DNA of 64,000 nt, taken from contig CBDCOH010000002.1 of assembly GCA_965219685.1 (NCBI GenBank), positions 384,001-448,000 of the forward strand, in the 5' to 3' direction. A program made the position numbers and the translations under genes. The DNA is from Candidatus Spongiisociaceae bacterium. Its GTDB lineage: Bacteria; Actinomycetota; Acidimicrobiia; Spongiisociales; Spongiisociaceae. Below the pieces are notes generated by a model, which was given only the letters and a program-made list of their open reading frames with translations, had not been told where the DNA came from and did no database searches. Positions 63,827 through 64,000 of the stretch are shown here, one piece after another (within the stretch, counting starts at the first letter, position 1; each line of letters begins with the position of its first letter).

Positions 63827-64000
63827 CTGCGCGGCCTCACCGAGTCCGGGTCCCATACGGGACCGTCGAGGACCTTCGCCGGGGCGGGCTTGCCCAGGAC
63901 CATCACCTCGAGGCAGGTTCCCGGAAGGTCCAGTCCGGGATCCACGTACGCCCAGGCCAGGCTGCGGCCTGTCGCGTGTCCGTAACCGGTCGTGGTCACG
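63823..64000 (-). CDS. GcvT-family protein, C-terminal end (runs off window)
   Basis: Minus strand reads VTTTGYGHATGRSLAWAYVDP..LEVMVLG..VWDPDSVRPRR*, homologous to the C-terminus of 31593-34010. Confidence 0.82.
   Translation of the reverse strand, partial: VTTTGYGHATGRSLAWAYVDPGLDLPGTCLEVMVLGKPAPAKVLDGPVWDPDSVRPRR

Overview
GC-rich bacterial DNA, most consistent with an actinobacterium (Acidimicrobiia-like; inferred from CGAAC-N4-GTTCG SOS boxes, the divergent lexA/LysM pair and the Gly-Cys-Val tRNA cluster). 1-6.3 kb is housekeeping: lexA 5' end, a LysM gene, dut, four tRNAs, and heptamer microsatellites in the SOS control region. Most of the rest is a large quaternary-amine/C1 catabolic region: xanthine-dehydrogenase-family Mo enzyme, betA, a CoA-dependent gamma-butyrobetaine/carnitine operon with an IclR regulator, an MttB-family methyltransferase plus GcvT-family dehydrogenase, ppc, two tandem glycine-betaine-type ABC systems of unusual architecture, fhs, and a split, selenocysteine-containing NAD-linked formate dehydrogenase. 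An accessory patch (about 21.9-29.9 kb) holds pseudogenes, an SOS-box-preceded DUF433/PIN operon, an integrase remnant and mobile mystery proteins A/B. Non-coding highlights are a repeated tandem IclR-type operator, a dispersed 60-150 bp element attached to stop codons through heptamer tracts, and two apparently exact ~1 kb duplications. All calls are by-eye motif recognition; no searches were run.
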